Positions 1 to 12,042 of a DNA stretch of 64,000 nucleotides are shown piece by piece. Every line of letters begins with the position of its first letter. Position 1 is the first letter of the stretch. Position numbers and translations under genes: made by a program. Origin of the DNA: Heterodontus francisci. Lineage: Eukaryota. Where the stretch lies: the NCBI RefSeq assembly GCF_036365525.1, contig NC_090399.1:22020529-22084528 (forward strand), read 5' to 3'. The notes beneath the pieces were generated by a model, which was not told where the DNA came from, did no database searches, and saw only the letters and a program-made list of their open reading frames with translations.

Positions 1-750
1 ATCCGACCCCCTCCCAATGTAAGTTCCTCTCCAGCCCTGAACAGATGTCCCAATCTCTGGCACTGGGCAGGCAACACAGCCTCTGGACTCTTGCTCTTTG
101 CTGCAGAGAACAGTGTCTATCTCCCTCTCTATACTGTCCCCTACTACCACTACATTTCTTTTTGCTCCCCCCGCTTGAACAGCTTCCTGTACCATGGTGC
201 CATGGCCAGTCTGTTCATCCAAACGACAGCCTTCACTCTTGTGCAAAAGCTGCAAAAGCATCAAACTTGTTGCTCAGTTGCAAGGACTGAGGCAACTCCA
301 CTCCCACCTTCTTGATCCCCTTACCTGCCTGATTCGCAGTCACACCCTCCTGTCCTTGACCATTGACCCTATCCTAAGGGGTGTGACTGCCTTCTGGAAC
401 CAAGTGTCCAGGTAACTTTCCCCCTCCCTGATGCATTGCAATATCTGCAGCTCGGCCTCCAGCTGATCTACTCTGAGCTGAAGTTCCTCAAGTCGCAGAC
501 AGTTACTACAGACGTGGTTGCCATGGATTGCTGTGGCATCCAGAAGCTCCCAAATACAGCAGCTACGACACATCACCTGTCCTGCATTTACATTGTGTTA
601 ATTAAATTAAATTTATTTTCTTAATTAATTTAAAGTTCCCCTATTCAACAAACTCCCTCACTCACCAAACTCCCTTCTTGACACTCTGTACACTCAAGCA
701 GAACTCAGTGCCGACAAGCAGTACTCAGAGGCCCCTGAATTTATACTCTG
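1..750 (-). mobile_element. CR1 LINE 5' portion (5'UTR + degenerate ORF1), running off the window start
   Basis: ORF 340..576(-) CRSCCIWE...HVCSNCLRLEELQLRVDQLEAEL is the CR1 ORF1 zinc finger/leucine zipper, homologous to 30609 and 53823 in this window. Confidence 0.85.
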
Positions 751-899
751 AAAAATAATATGAGTCAGGAACTTTGGCAAAAGGTTGTCTTGCTGTGAGG
801 TTAACTAACTCTCCCTCCAGGATACTCAAGGATATGCCAGAGTTGCCCAGAGCAATGAAATGCATGAGTAGCTAATCTGTATTTCATTTTCTTAACCCT

Positions 900-1060
900 A
901 CCATTGGCGGTTATGCCTTCAGCCATCTAGGCCCTAAGCTCTGGAGTCCCCTCATCAAACCTCCGCCTCTCTACCTCTTTCTCTGCCTTTATAACGCTGC
1001 TTACAAGCTTCCTCTTTGACCAAACACTTGGTCACCTGTCCTAATGTTGCCTTCATTTGA
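900..1060 (+). mobile_element. L2 LINE 3'-end fragment
   Basis: Similar to the L2 3' ends at 6780-7160(-), 40220-41010(-) and 62450-62870(+). Confidence 0.6.
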
Positions 1061-1704
1061 AGCATTTGCATAAAAGTGTCTAGGTTTTTCAGTCCATTTG
1101 TATCTCTGAAAAATAAATTATTTAGCTGTATTTTATAATGCACAGCATTGCAGTTTTTTAATACATGATACAATGAGCAAGTGTTTCTATTTCTATTTCT
1201 ATTCTAAGCTTTGGAACTGTTTAAGATAAATGAGAAAGCAGCTTGAGTGCATGTTAACCACAAATAAGCAGATTTCCTGTCCTCCACGGTAGCCAGTGAC
1301 CAACGCTGTCTCCCACACTGTAACTAAAGCAACTGGGCCAAAAATACAGAAGGGATATTTCATTACAAACTAAGAAGAGGCCACCTCAATGAAAAATCAG
1401 AATCATGCACTACTTTTGCCATGTATCAAGTAATTAACCCATCAATAAATAAACATACACCCCGTAACTTCCACAAGGGTTCTATGACAGAATTAGAAGA
1501 GACGTTATGGTGGCAGATTGAGAGAACCCGACCAAAACTATACCCCACACAGAATAAAGTTGAACTGTGGTGAAGGAATGTGAAATAAGTAATTGGAATA
1601 ATTTACTGTGGATGTGAGTATAGCGAAGGACCTTGACATGTAAATGTATTAAGACGTTATGCAGCCCAACCAAGCACATGGGATGACTGGGAAGTCCATT
1701 ATTT

Positions 1705-1807
1705 GAGTTCTGATGAAGGGTCACTGACCTGAAACATTAATTCTGCTTCTCTCTCCACAGATGCTGCCAGACCTGCTGAGTATTTCCAGCATTTCTTGTT
1801 TTTATTT
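1705..1807 (+). ncRNA. Solo Penelope terminal fragment with minimal type I hammerhead ribozyme motif (1705-1743)
   Basis: GAGTT-CTGATGA-A-GGGTC act GACCT-GAAA-CAT-T-AATTC; the downstream tail matches the Penelope 3' end at 11978-12042. Confidence 0.75.
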
Positions 1808-2609
1808 AAGAGTTAAACTGGGGACTGAGATAAAATATAATTCTAACAATGCTTAGGTGGTGTAAATAATGTTGTCATTTATGAATATATATTTAGTTCG
1901 TGAGGAAACTAAGATATAAAACTTGCGTAAGGTACCTTAGGGGAAAACTTCTTCAAATCCCAGGGGGCTGAGATCTCATATAGCTTCAAACTGCTGCCAC
2001 AGCTAAGATCAGCTAATTCAGCAAAGACAGAACTAAACCTCGGACCATCTCATCCTTTATGGTTCAGGATCACATTGGGCTACTTTCCCTAAAAAGTTGT
2101 ACGTTTTGCCATTAGGTAGTGCTTTTACCAATTGGTGGTGCTTTGACACACTGAGCGGTGCCTCTACCCCACTGGACCATCCCTTTACTATATTAAGCAG
2201 TGCCTTTGCCTTTACCAATTGGGAAGTTTCTCCTCACACTGTACCATTGGGGAAACTTACTGCCTGATAACAAAAAGCTGGTGTTAGTTTTAACAAGCCT
2301 GGGCTTCACTTTCCTGCAATGACTCTATCAGTTTGCCTTCAAGTTTTTGAAGGTCTGTTGTTGTGATGTGACCATGTCAGTTTTCCTTTCAGAATTAACT
2401 GTATATTCAGCTCATTGAAAGAATTACCAGAAAATTCAAACTTCTCTTTTAGGCTTCATTGGGGACCAAAGGCCAAGTGGAGGGAGAACCCCCAGAGAAA
2501 CAGTGATGGTAGCTTTCCTTAGAACAGGTTCATGCAGCACTCTATATCTTCCAGGTTTCAGATTATACACTGGGAATTATAATAACAATAAAATACAGTG
2601 ATAATGGTC

Positions 2610-3170
2610 CTGTCACCTCTGAGTCAGAAGGTTTGTAGATTCAAGTCCCTCTCCAGAGTTTTTAGTTTTTTTTTTAGTTTAGAGATACAGCACTGAAACA
2701 GGCCCTTCGGCCCACCGAGTCTGTGCCGACCATCAACCACCCATTTGTACTAATCCTACATTAATTCCATATTCCTACCACATCTCCACCTGTCCCTATA
2801 TTTCCCTACCACCTACCTATACTAGGGGCAATTTATAATGGCCAATTTACCTATCAACCTGCAAGTCTTTGGCATGTGGGAGGAAACCCACGCAGACACA
2901 GGGAGAACTTGCAAACTCCACACAGGCAGCACCCAGAATTGAACCCAGGTCGCTGGAGCTGTGAGGCTGTGGTGCTAACCACTGCGCCACTGTGCCGCCC
3001 CAAAATCTAGCTAACATTCCAATGCAATACTAAGGGAGTGCTGAATTGTTGGAGGTGCTGGCCTTCAGATGAGATGTTAAATCGTGACCCTGACTGACGT
3101 TTCAGGTGGATTTAAAAAACCCTATGGCACTATTTTGAAGAAGAGAATGGGCGTTCTCCTCATTCCCCTC
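2610..3170 (+). mobile_element. Deu-domain SINE (SacSINE/AmnSINE-like), split by a V-SINE
   Basis: tRNA-like head remnant at 2610-2658; Deu-type core GGAGGTGC..CAGATGAGATGTTAAA..CAGGTGGA..ATGGCACTATTTTGAAGAAGAG at 3050-3145. Confidence 0.65.
2659..3000 (-). mobile_element. HE1-type V-SINE
   Basis: tRNA-derived head with A/B boxes, V-domain (GGAGTTTGCAAGTTCTCCCTGTGTCTGCGTGGGTTT), CR1-like tail; near-identical to 8049-8403. Confidence 0.9.
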
Positions 3171-3257
3171 GCAAATATGCCTGAGTGGAATTTTAGCATT
3201 AACAGGTGGAGTGTTGACTCACAGCATTAACTAGCCTCCCTGCCCTTTTAAAATGAA

Positions 3258-3594
3258 CACAGTGGTGCAGTGGTTAGCACCGCAGCCTCACAGCTCCAGC
3301 GACCTGGGCCCAGTTCTGGGTACTGCCTGTGCGGAGTTTGCAAGTTTTCTCTGTGACCACGTGGGTTTCCACTGGGTGCTCCAGTTTCCTCCCACAGCCA
3401 AAGACTTGCAGGTTGATAGGTAAATTGGCCATTGTAAATTGCCCCTCGTGTCGGTAGGTGGTGGGAGAATGGTAGGGATGTGGTAGGGAATATGGGCTTA
3501 ATGTAGGATTAGTATAAATGGGTGGTTGTTGGTCGGCACAGACTCGGTGGGCCAAAGGACCTGTTTCAGTGCTGTATCCCTAAATAAATAAATA
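3258..3594 (+). mobile_element. HE1-type V-SINE
   Basis: Same head, V-domain and tail; ends in (TAAA)n. Confidence 0.9.
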
Positions 3595-4299
3595 ATTCGA
3601 TTGAAGAAGCTGCACTGTATTTGATGAAGCATTGTATTTTGCAGATCTACAGCAATTGTACTGACATAGAATGACATAGAATTTAGCATCACAGAAACAG
3701 ACCAATCACTCCAACAGGGCAATATGTTGTGAATGCTGAACTTTGTAACATGATTAGGTTTTAAAAATTAAGATTTTTAAAAGTTGAAAATGGAGTCTGG
3801 AAGATTAGGTGACCTCACATCTACTTTGTGAAAGGACAAGACAGAAGTCTTGGTTACCAAGACAACAGAGAACACAGATCAAAGACTTTGTTTTGAAAAA
3901 CAGACACTGCAGGGCTAATGCCTGAAGAACAGTGTGTTTCACCTTCCCAGACTTCCGAGTTGTAAAACAAGGAGTCAGTAATTCGAAAGGCGAAAATGCA
4001 CCAGGCAGCTGTTAACACCAGGGAATAATGGAAATCCCAAATGGCTCGATAAAACCAGACTTTGGGCTCTGAAAATTGGAACAATAAGCTACTGATGTTT
4101 GAGTCCAGATAAATTTAAGAGACTTTCTGAAGGCAGATGTGGGTGTAAAAAGGGAACTCAGTGGTTGTAATTTGGGGTGTCAGCAACTTACAAAGTTTCG
4201 TTTAGTTATAGTAAAGTCTCAAAACTTGAAATCTTGTCATGTAATTCTTCAAATTGGTCTGGGCGTTCATATCTCATATTTTTCACATTATCACCCACT

Positions 4300-5085
4300 T
4301 CATCATTTTGAAAACCTCTGTCCAGTCATGTCTCAGTCTTTTTTCTGTAAACTAGAGCCTTAGCCTGTGCAGTCTTTCCTGATCGTTGTATCCTGTTACT
4401 TCTGGTATGATTTTGGAAATCTTTTTTGTACTTTTTCCAATGCTTCTATATTCTTTTTGTAATCTGGTGATCAGAATTGTGCACAGTACTCTAAAAATGG
4501 GATAACTAAGGTTCCACATAAGTTTAAACATTGCATGTTTCATTTTGAATTCTATTTCTCGGGAAATAAACCCCAATGCTTCATTTATATATTTTATAGC
4601 TTTGTTAACCTGCATTGCTGCATTTAATGATTTGTGTATCTGTACCCAGAGATCCCTTTACTCCTCTAGCCCATTTAGATTCTTACTTGCAAAGGAGTAT
4701 GTGGCCTCCTTATTTCTCCTATCAAAATACAACATCTCATTCTTATCTATCTTGAAATTAATTTACCATTGACAAGCCCATTCTGCAAATTTCTAGATGC
4801 CTTATACTTTGCCAGTCTTCCTCTGTATTAACTCGACACTGCATTTGGTGTCTTCCAGGAAGTTTAATACTGTACATTAGGTTTCTGAGTCCAAATCATT
4901 TATGTAAATTCAGAACAACAGCAGTCCCAGTACCAATCCCTATGGACATAAGATTTTTGTTCTGTAAGGGTGTGAAGAGATATGAAACCAAGGCTGGTAA
5001 ATGAGTTGAAATACAGATCAACCATAGTCTAATTGAATGGCAGAACAGGTTAGAGATAATGAATGGCCTCTTCTTGTTCATGTTT
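4300..5085. mobile_element. Old CR1 fragments (4300-4945 minus; 4950-5085 plus 3' end)
   Basis: ORF 4352..4615(-) resembles the CR1 ORF2 C-terminus (ALGFISREIEFK); CR1 3'UTR motif at 5020-5080. Confidence 0.7.
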
Positions 5086-5415
5086 CATCCGAAGTTACAG
5101 CAAAAGATCAGGAGATCCCAGTGACAATTTTACCCTCTGATACTAAGACCACAGTTTGGAAACCTGTGGCCTAAGATCATCATTAGGTTTTAAGGCAGCT
5201 TTCAGGCGACAGAAAACAATATCATTGATGCTGTCGATTTGGTTCTGAGGTTGACCACAGATTAAAACGAGGTCTATTTGGAAGTAAAGGCCTCCATTTT
5301 TGATTTGTTGCGATCAAACTTCACCAGTTACCTGCTGATGTTTCCACATCGGATGTTCTGAGCATTTCTTCCGATAAAACTCAACTGGAAACAGTTAAAC
5401 AGAATCTGCAACAAA

Positions 5416-5491
5416 ATGCTACTTAAAAGAAATGGAACTTCTAGTGTGTGTGGTGTCTATCTTTTCACTTGCAATCTCTTGGCTCGGATCG
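5416..5491 (+). CDS. IgSF receptor exon 1 (leader, MLLKRNGTSSVCGVYLFTCNLLARI)
   Basis: ATG at 5416; donor G|GTAAGA at 5492; ends in phase 1, matching exon 2. Confidence 0.6.
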
Positions 5492-6186
5492 GTAAGAGTT
5501 GTTACAATTAATATATAAGATTTGGATTGTGAAAGAGGTGGAGGAATTATCCGGCGGTATAATGCGCAGTACAAACTACCATGTAACAACATATATTTAC
5601 AAGTCCATTAGTAGCGGTTCTTGCCAAGTGAGAACTGTTTTTTTTGTTTTGAGCAATTGCCGAGTTTGAGAAAAGGAAATATTTGCAGTTCTACAGTGAA
5701 AGAGCGGGTGAGCGGGACAATTCTGATATCTCTTTTAAAGAGGAACGATGGGCCGAATAACCTCCTTCTGTTCTGTGATTCTAAATGAAATCAAAATTTG
5801 CCGAATCAAAACTGTTCAGAATAATTCCAGCGGGCAGGACTGCCTCTGCTTCTCCGTTTAGACCCTGTTCGACATTCTCGCAACAGCAGTGTTTTCACCA
5901 ATTAATGTTTTACTGTGTTGGAAAGATGGATAAATTCCATGCGAGTTAGTCCTTCCACAAATCTCAGTGAAATATCACCATGAACTGTTATGGACTGGTA
6001 CTGGAGTCCAGCTCAGTTACAGGGAACTGCAGAGCAGAATGTTCCCAAGAGGTGGTGTTGAAATATGTAAGACACAATGAATATTTATTTCCATTCTATA
6101 CAGTTATGCGCTGTAGTTTAAACAATATTTGTATTATTTAGATATTGTCACTCATATATTAACACAATTATTATTTCTACCTTTAG

Positions 6187-6561
6187 TCGCTGTGACACTG
6201 AGAGTGAACCAGGACAGTGTGAATGGAACCCTTGGTCAGTCTGTGCTCCTACCCACCTCTTACACAGTCTCAAACTCAGGCGGTTACTTTCGGATCAAAT
6301 GGATCAGAGCCGGGACTAGAATTGTGGAATATAGATGTATATCGGAGAGAGACAACAACCTCACTGGACGCTGCCACTACCTGTCTGTTCCTGACGACTA
6401 CAAACATCGGGCTGTTCTTTTTCCCGAAAATGCTTCATTGTTGCTGAAAGATTTACAGTTTAATGACAGCGGGATTTATGAATTATCCATTGCCGACTCA
6501 ATAGGAATAGAAATGGCCAGGTTAATGTTAACTGTCCAATCCGACACCGGGTATGGAATGG
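6187..6561 (+). CDS. IgSF receptor exon 2: V-set Ig domain of CD2/SLAM/CEACAM/HEPACAM type
   Basis: VNGTLGQSVLLP, C-strand IKW, FPENASLLLKDLQFNDSGIYEL, LTV; acceptor ttctacctttAG| and donor G|GTATGT; symmetric phase 1-1. Confidence 0.92.
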
Positions 6562-6779
6562 GTATGTATTTTCTCCCCCGGTGTGAATTCGTTTTGTTCA
6601 ATGGTTAAGAACATTTCCAGTAATAATATATTAACTGGACTGGTGCCAGTTACATAAGTCTACATGAAATGGGGAATTTATTTGCTTGCAACGCGCGAAG
6701 CTGGTCTTTTCTGACATAAGTAGTTCCGATTTTTGCATTTTGTGTTCCAGAATATGGGGCGGGAACATTTGTAATGGAT

Positions 6780-7160
6780 ATCTACAACAGCTTGCATTTA
6801 TACAACGACTTAACTTAGTAAAAGGTCCCAAGACGCTTTTCAGAAGGACTTATCAAACAGAATTTGACACTTGGGCAGCGAAGAAGAAATTAGGACAGGT
6901 GACAAAAAGCTTGACCAAGCGGGTAGGTTTTAAGGAGCTCTTGAAGGAGGAGAGGGAGAGGTTTAGGGAGGGAATTCCTGAATTTCGGGTCCAGGCAGCT
7001 GAATGCATCGCTGTCAGTGGTGGAGCGGTTAAAATCAAGGATGATCCAGAGCCCAGAACTAGAGGAGGGCAGAGATCTCGGAGAGTTACAGGGCTGGAGG
7101 AAACTATAGAGATCGGAGGGATTTGAAAACAAGGATGAGAATTTTAAAATCACTTCATCT
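6780..7160 (-). mobile_element. L2 LINE 3'-end fragment
   Basis: ORF 6890..7189(-) AFSCLDPKFRNSLPKPL resembles the L2 ORF2 terminus; similar to 40220-40620. Confidence 0.7.
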
Positions 7161-7929
7161 ATCCTGCTGAGCGAGTGGTACCCCTTCACAATATACTTAT
7201 TTATGGGTAGATCACTGGAATAAAGTTACAATATTAATATATTCCATTAGCCATCACTTCTATCTAGTTATTGACCCATTTGTTTTCAATGTAGGACAAT
7301 AGGGCATAGGTATAAACTGGTGAAAGGTAAGTTCAGATCTGATATCAGGAAGTATTTCTTTATACAGAGATTGGCTCAACTGGAATTCTCCTGGGGTAGG
7401 AGTCACTGAGGAAAAAATCTGGAGTTATTCCAGGAGTTGTTAGATCCTGTAATGGGGAAGCAATGGGCTTTTATTGAAGCATTGGCTCACAACACGGACC
7501 TCACCTTAACTTATCTTCTTGCCTTCCATTAAAATACAGTTCAGATGACTGTCATGTTAATGTATTCAATGCATTAAGCATTAGCCCACTAACATGGACA
7601 ATCGTAACTTAGTTCTCAGCTTTGGTTTCAGAATGAATCACTGATTTGATCATTTTATAGAATACAAATAGCTCTTACGGGAATTGCCACAGGGGCATGC
7701 AATCCTCATCAGAAGATTACTGTCTGCATTACCATGATTTTGTACCATTTAACCTCTTGTGTTTTAGAAGCCAAGACCTGATGTGCTTCTTTAAACTGCA
7801 CAAGGGACAACGTGATCTGTTCAGGTTCACAAAATGAAACTTCCCATGTCTGAGATCAGGGATTGTGGTGAAGTGTCACTTCTCTTTATTTTTCATCATG
7901 TCTGAAGGTGCCTTCAAAACAGAGGTTCA

Positions 7930-8730
7930 ACCATAGGAACATAGGAGCAGGAACTTGCCCCACCATTCAGTATGATCAAGGTTGATCATCCACTTCAATG
8001 CCTTTTCCCCACACTATCCTCATATCCTCTGATGTCATTTATATTTATGGGCGACACAGTGGCGCAGTGGTTAGCATTGCAGCCTAACAGCTCCAGCGAC
8101 CCGGGTTCGATTCTGGGTACTGCCTGTGTGGAGTTTGCAAGTTCTCCCTGTGTCTGCGTGGGTTTTCTCCGGGTGCTCCGATTTCCTCCCACAAGCCAAA
8201 AGACTTGCAGGTTATTAGGTAAATTGGCCATTATAAATTGCCCCTAGTATAGGTAGGTGGTAGGAGAATATAGGGACAGGTGGGGATGTGGTAGGAATAT
8301 GGGATTAGTGTAGGATTAGTATAAATGGGTGGTTAATGGTCGGCACAGACTCGGTGGGCCGAAGGGCCTGTTTCAGTTCTGTATCTCTAAACTAAACTAA
8401 ACTCCCTCTGGTTCTCTGACCTATTGTTTTAATCTGTGTCCTTTGTTACTGGTTGTCCTGACATTCTCCCCATTTACTCTATCAAAACCCTATCTAATTT
8501 TGAACACCTCGATTAAAGCTTCCCATAACCTTTTGTTCTGAGAACAATCCCAGCTTCTCCAGTCTCCCCATATACCTGGATTCCCTTATCCTTGGTACAG
8601 CTCTGCCAGATTTCCCCTGCATCCTCTCCAAGACTTTGATGTCCTTCCTAAATTGTGGTGTCCAGTATTGGATACAATATTCCAGCTGAAGCCTGACCAG
8701 TGATTTATAAAATGTTAACATAACTTTGGT
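7930..8730 (-). mobile_element. CR1 3' fragments interrupted by a V-SINE
   Basis: ORF 8494..8721(-) YKSLVRLQLEYCIQYWTP. Confidence 0.75.
8049..8403 (+). mobile_element. HE1-type V-SINE, full length
   Basis: GGGCGACACAGTGGCGCAGTGG head, GGTTCGATT B box, V-domain, (AAACT)n tail. Confidence 0.92.
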
Positions 8731-10758
8731 GTTTAAGGGATTAGCTCACAGATCAATTTTCTGTAGTTCCATTTGACGTAATCAAATGGAGAACCTTGCC
8801 CTCCCAGCAGGGATGAAATGATCAAGTATGAGATGCTCCTAAAACATTAATCAGAAGGCAGGTTGGAGCAATAGGTGTGGATAAACCAAATTATGGGCCA
8901 CAGATCATTCAGAATTATCCATGTAATAATAGGATGGGATTTCTTAACAAGCAACATTAATAATAATTCAGTTTATGAAGGAGAGCTATTGAACTATGAA
9001 ATATGAAGCATATAAATAAAATGGTATCTGTGACCATATATAAATGGGGATTATATATCGTATGTACAATGAGGAGACGGTATAAGTGAGAATTAAACAC
9101 TGTATTATGTATATGCAAGATATTTTGACATTGACAAACCTAACACACAATGGAGGCAGTTTTTTTGCCTTTAATGCCTGAGCATTAGACATCCCTCGGG
9201 TGGAGATATTAGAGATCAAGGTCAAGAGCTGGTAAAGCCTGAATGGAGACTGAAAAGAGCAGAAGCTGAGAGCTAGGATGGATATTGAAAAGAGCAGGAC
9301 CTGAGAAAAAGAGCAGAGATTGAAAAGAGCGGGAGCTGAAAGTCAGAGTAGAGTTTGAAAAGAGCAAGAGCTGAGACAAAGAGCTGAGATGGAAAAGATC
9401 AGGAGCTGAAAGAAAAAGTGGGAGCTGGGAGCCAAGGTGGAGATTTGGGAGCCAGAACTTCAAAGTTGAAACAATAGTCAAGGAGTGATGTCAGAGGACA
9501 GCAAGTAGGTAGGTGATTGTTTGATGGGTATTACAGATTTGCAGTTTTTTTTCTAAGGAAACTAGCTTGCTATTACTTTACTAAATTAGTAACTTAAACT
9601 AGATAAACCAATTAATTAATAAAACTAAAATAATTGATCCAATTAAAAAAAAACGTATTAACTAATCAAATAAAGGAACCAGATTAGATAGACGTGGCAG
9701 GGCAGGTGGTGTACTGTAAATGCAGCATGTGGGAGTTTGTGGAGAGTATTGAGATCCCAGACAACCAAATCTGCATTAAGTGGCTGCAGCTCGAGGAACT
9801 TCTGCTCTGAGTTGTTGAGCTGGAGTCCGAGCTGCAGACATTGCAGGGCATCAGGGAGGGGAAAGAGCTATCTGGACACTTTGTCCCAGGAGACAGTCAC
9901 ATCCCTTAGGTTAAGTGGAACTTTAGAGTTGGTCAATGGTCAGGGACCGGAGGGTGTGACTGCGAGTCAGGCAAGTATGGGGATCCAGCATGGAGGGATA
10001 GAGGAACCTTCGTTCTTGACTTTGACCAACAGATACGAGATACTTTCTACCTGTGTGTATGAGAACAAGGACTGCGAGGTGGATGGGCAAATTGACCATA
10101 GCACCACGGTACAGGAGCCATTCAAGTGCTGGGAGTAAAAAGGAATGTGGTAGTGATAGGGAACACTATATCAGAAAAGATACTGTTCTATGCAGCCAAG
10201 ACTGGGAGTTTCAAAGGTTGTGATGCCTGCCCATTGCCACAGTTAAAGCATCTCCTCACAGTTGGAGAGGAATTTGGAGTGGGAGGAGGAGGATCCAGTA
10301 GTTGTGGTCCAACAACATAGATAGAACTGGAATTATATTCTGATGACAGAGTTTGAGGAGTTAGGGTTCAAATTAAAAAGCAGAACCTAAGCCAGGTGCC
10401 AATTGGTATTGAGATAAACAGATTAGAAGGTTAACTGTGTGGCTGAAAGAGTGGTGTGAGAGGCAAGGGTTTCACTTTATGAGCCACTGGCAGCAGTTCT
10501 GAGGAAAGAGGGAGCTGTTCCATTGGGATGGACTCCACTTAAAAGCCAAAATTAATAATAATTCAGTTTATGAAGGAGAGCTATGGAACTATGAAATACA
10601 AAGCAAATATATAAAATGGTATCTGTGACCATATATGAATGTGGATTATATATAGTATGTACAATGAGGAGAAGGTACAAGTGAGAATTAAGCACTGTAT
10701 TATGTATAGCAAGATATTTTGATGAGGACAAACGTAACACAATGGAGGCAGTTTATTT

Positions 10759-12042
10759 CTCCCCAGTTTCTCCGTCTCCGACGCATCTGCTCTGATGATG
10801 CTACCTTCCATGACGGTGCTTCTGATATGACCTCCTTTTTCCTCAACCGAGGATTTCCCCCCACTGTGGTTGACAGGGCCCTCAACCGTGTCCGACCCAT
10901 TCCCCGCACCTCTACCCTCACCCCTTCCCCTCCCTCCCAGAACCGTGACAGGGTTCCCCTTGTCCTCACTTTTCATCCCACCAGCCTCCATATCCAAAGG
11001 ATCATCCTCCGCCATTTTCGCCACCTCCAGCGTGATGCCACTACCAGTCGCATCTTCCCCTCCCTTCCCCTGTCAGCATTCCGAAGGGATCGTTCCCTCC
11101 GCGACACCCTGGTCCACTCCTCCATTACCCCCACCACCTCGTCCCCGTCCCAGGGCACCTTCCCTTGCAATCGCAGGAGGTGTAATACCTGCCCATTTAC
11201 CTCCTCTCTCCTCACTATCCCAGGCCCCAAACACTCCTTTCAGGTGAAGCAGCGATTTACTTGTACTTCTTTCAATGTAGTATACTGTATTCGCTGCTCA
11301 CAGTGTGGTCTCCTCTACATTGGGGAGACCAAGCGCAGACTGGGTGACCGCTTTGCGGAACATCTCCGCTCAGTCCGCAAGCAGGACCCTGAGCTTCCGG
11401 TTGCTTGCCATTTCAACACTCCCCCCTGCTCTCATGCTCACATCTCTGTCCTGGGATTGCTGCAGTGTTCCAGTGAACATCAACGCAAGCTCGAGGAACA
11501 GCATCTCATCTACCGATTAGGCACACTACAGCCTGCCGGACTGAACATTGAGTTCAATAATTTCAGAGCATGGCAGCCCCCCACTTTACTTTCATTTTTA
11601 GTCATTTTTAGTTATTTTTTCTTCCTTTTTTTTGCATTCCTTTTTACATTTTTTGCATTTATTTCATTTCATCTTAGTTTGTTCAGTTTGCTTACCCACT
11701 GTTTTTTTCAGGTTGTTTTTCTTCAGGTTTGCACTTGCTGATGTTCTATATTCAGTATATTCACACCTAATCTGTACTAATGCTTTGTCTTTCAAAACAC
11801 CATTAACATATTGTTTGCCTTTGCTCTGTGACCGTTTGGTCAGCTATGTGGCCTGGTCCAATCTGCACCTTCTCCTTTGTTATCTCTTGCCCAACCCCCA
11901 CCTCACTTGTTTATAATCTGTGACTTTTCTAATATTTGTCAGTTCCGAAGAAGGGTCACTGACCCGAAACGTTAACTCTGCTTCTCTTTCCACAGATGCT
12001 GCCAGACCTGCTGAGTGAATCCAGCATTTCTTGTTTTTGTTT
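10759..12042 (+). mobile_element. Penelope-like retroelement (Neptune-type), 5'-truncated; GIY-YIG endonuclease and terminal hammerhead
   Basis: CNRRRCNTC linker, NVVYCIRC..LYIGETKRRLGDRFAEH; 14-bp TSD GAGGCAGTTTATTT at 10745-10758 and 12043-12056; hammerhead motif 11941-11977. Confidence 0.95.

Noticed and set aside
2100-2250. Degenerate ~20-bp tandem repeat (GTGC(C/T)TTTACC...)
   Set aside because: Too decayed to define a unit or a function
3745-4300. Possible additional solo LTR starting TGTAACA
   Set aside because: No second copy, terminal CA or TSD could be confirmed in the window
6129-6608. Single-exon 159-aa secreted Ig protein as given by the ORF track
   Set aside because: It starts at a TTG in intronic sequence and is bounded by phase-1 splice sites; the N- and C-terminal extensions are intron read-through
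8049-8125. tRNA gene
   Set aside because: A/B boxes run directly into the V-domain; this is a SINE head, as are 2925-3000, 3258-3325 and the fragment at 23940-23997
11571-11741. Hydrophobic C-terminal 'TM' tail on the GIY-YIG ORF
   Set aside because: The sister copy stops at FNNFRA-TGA; here TGA has become TGG and the frame reads into T-rich 3'UTR
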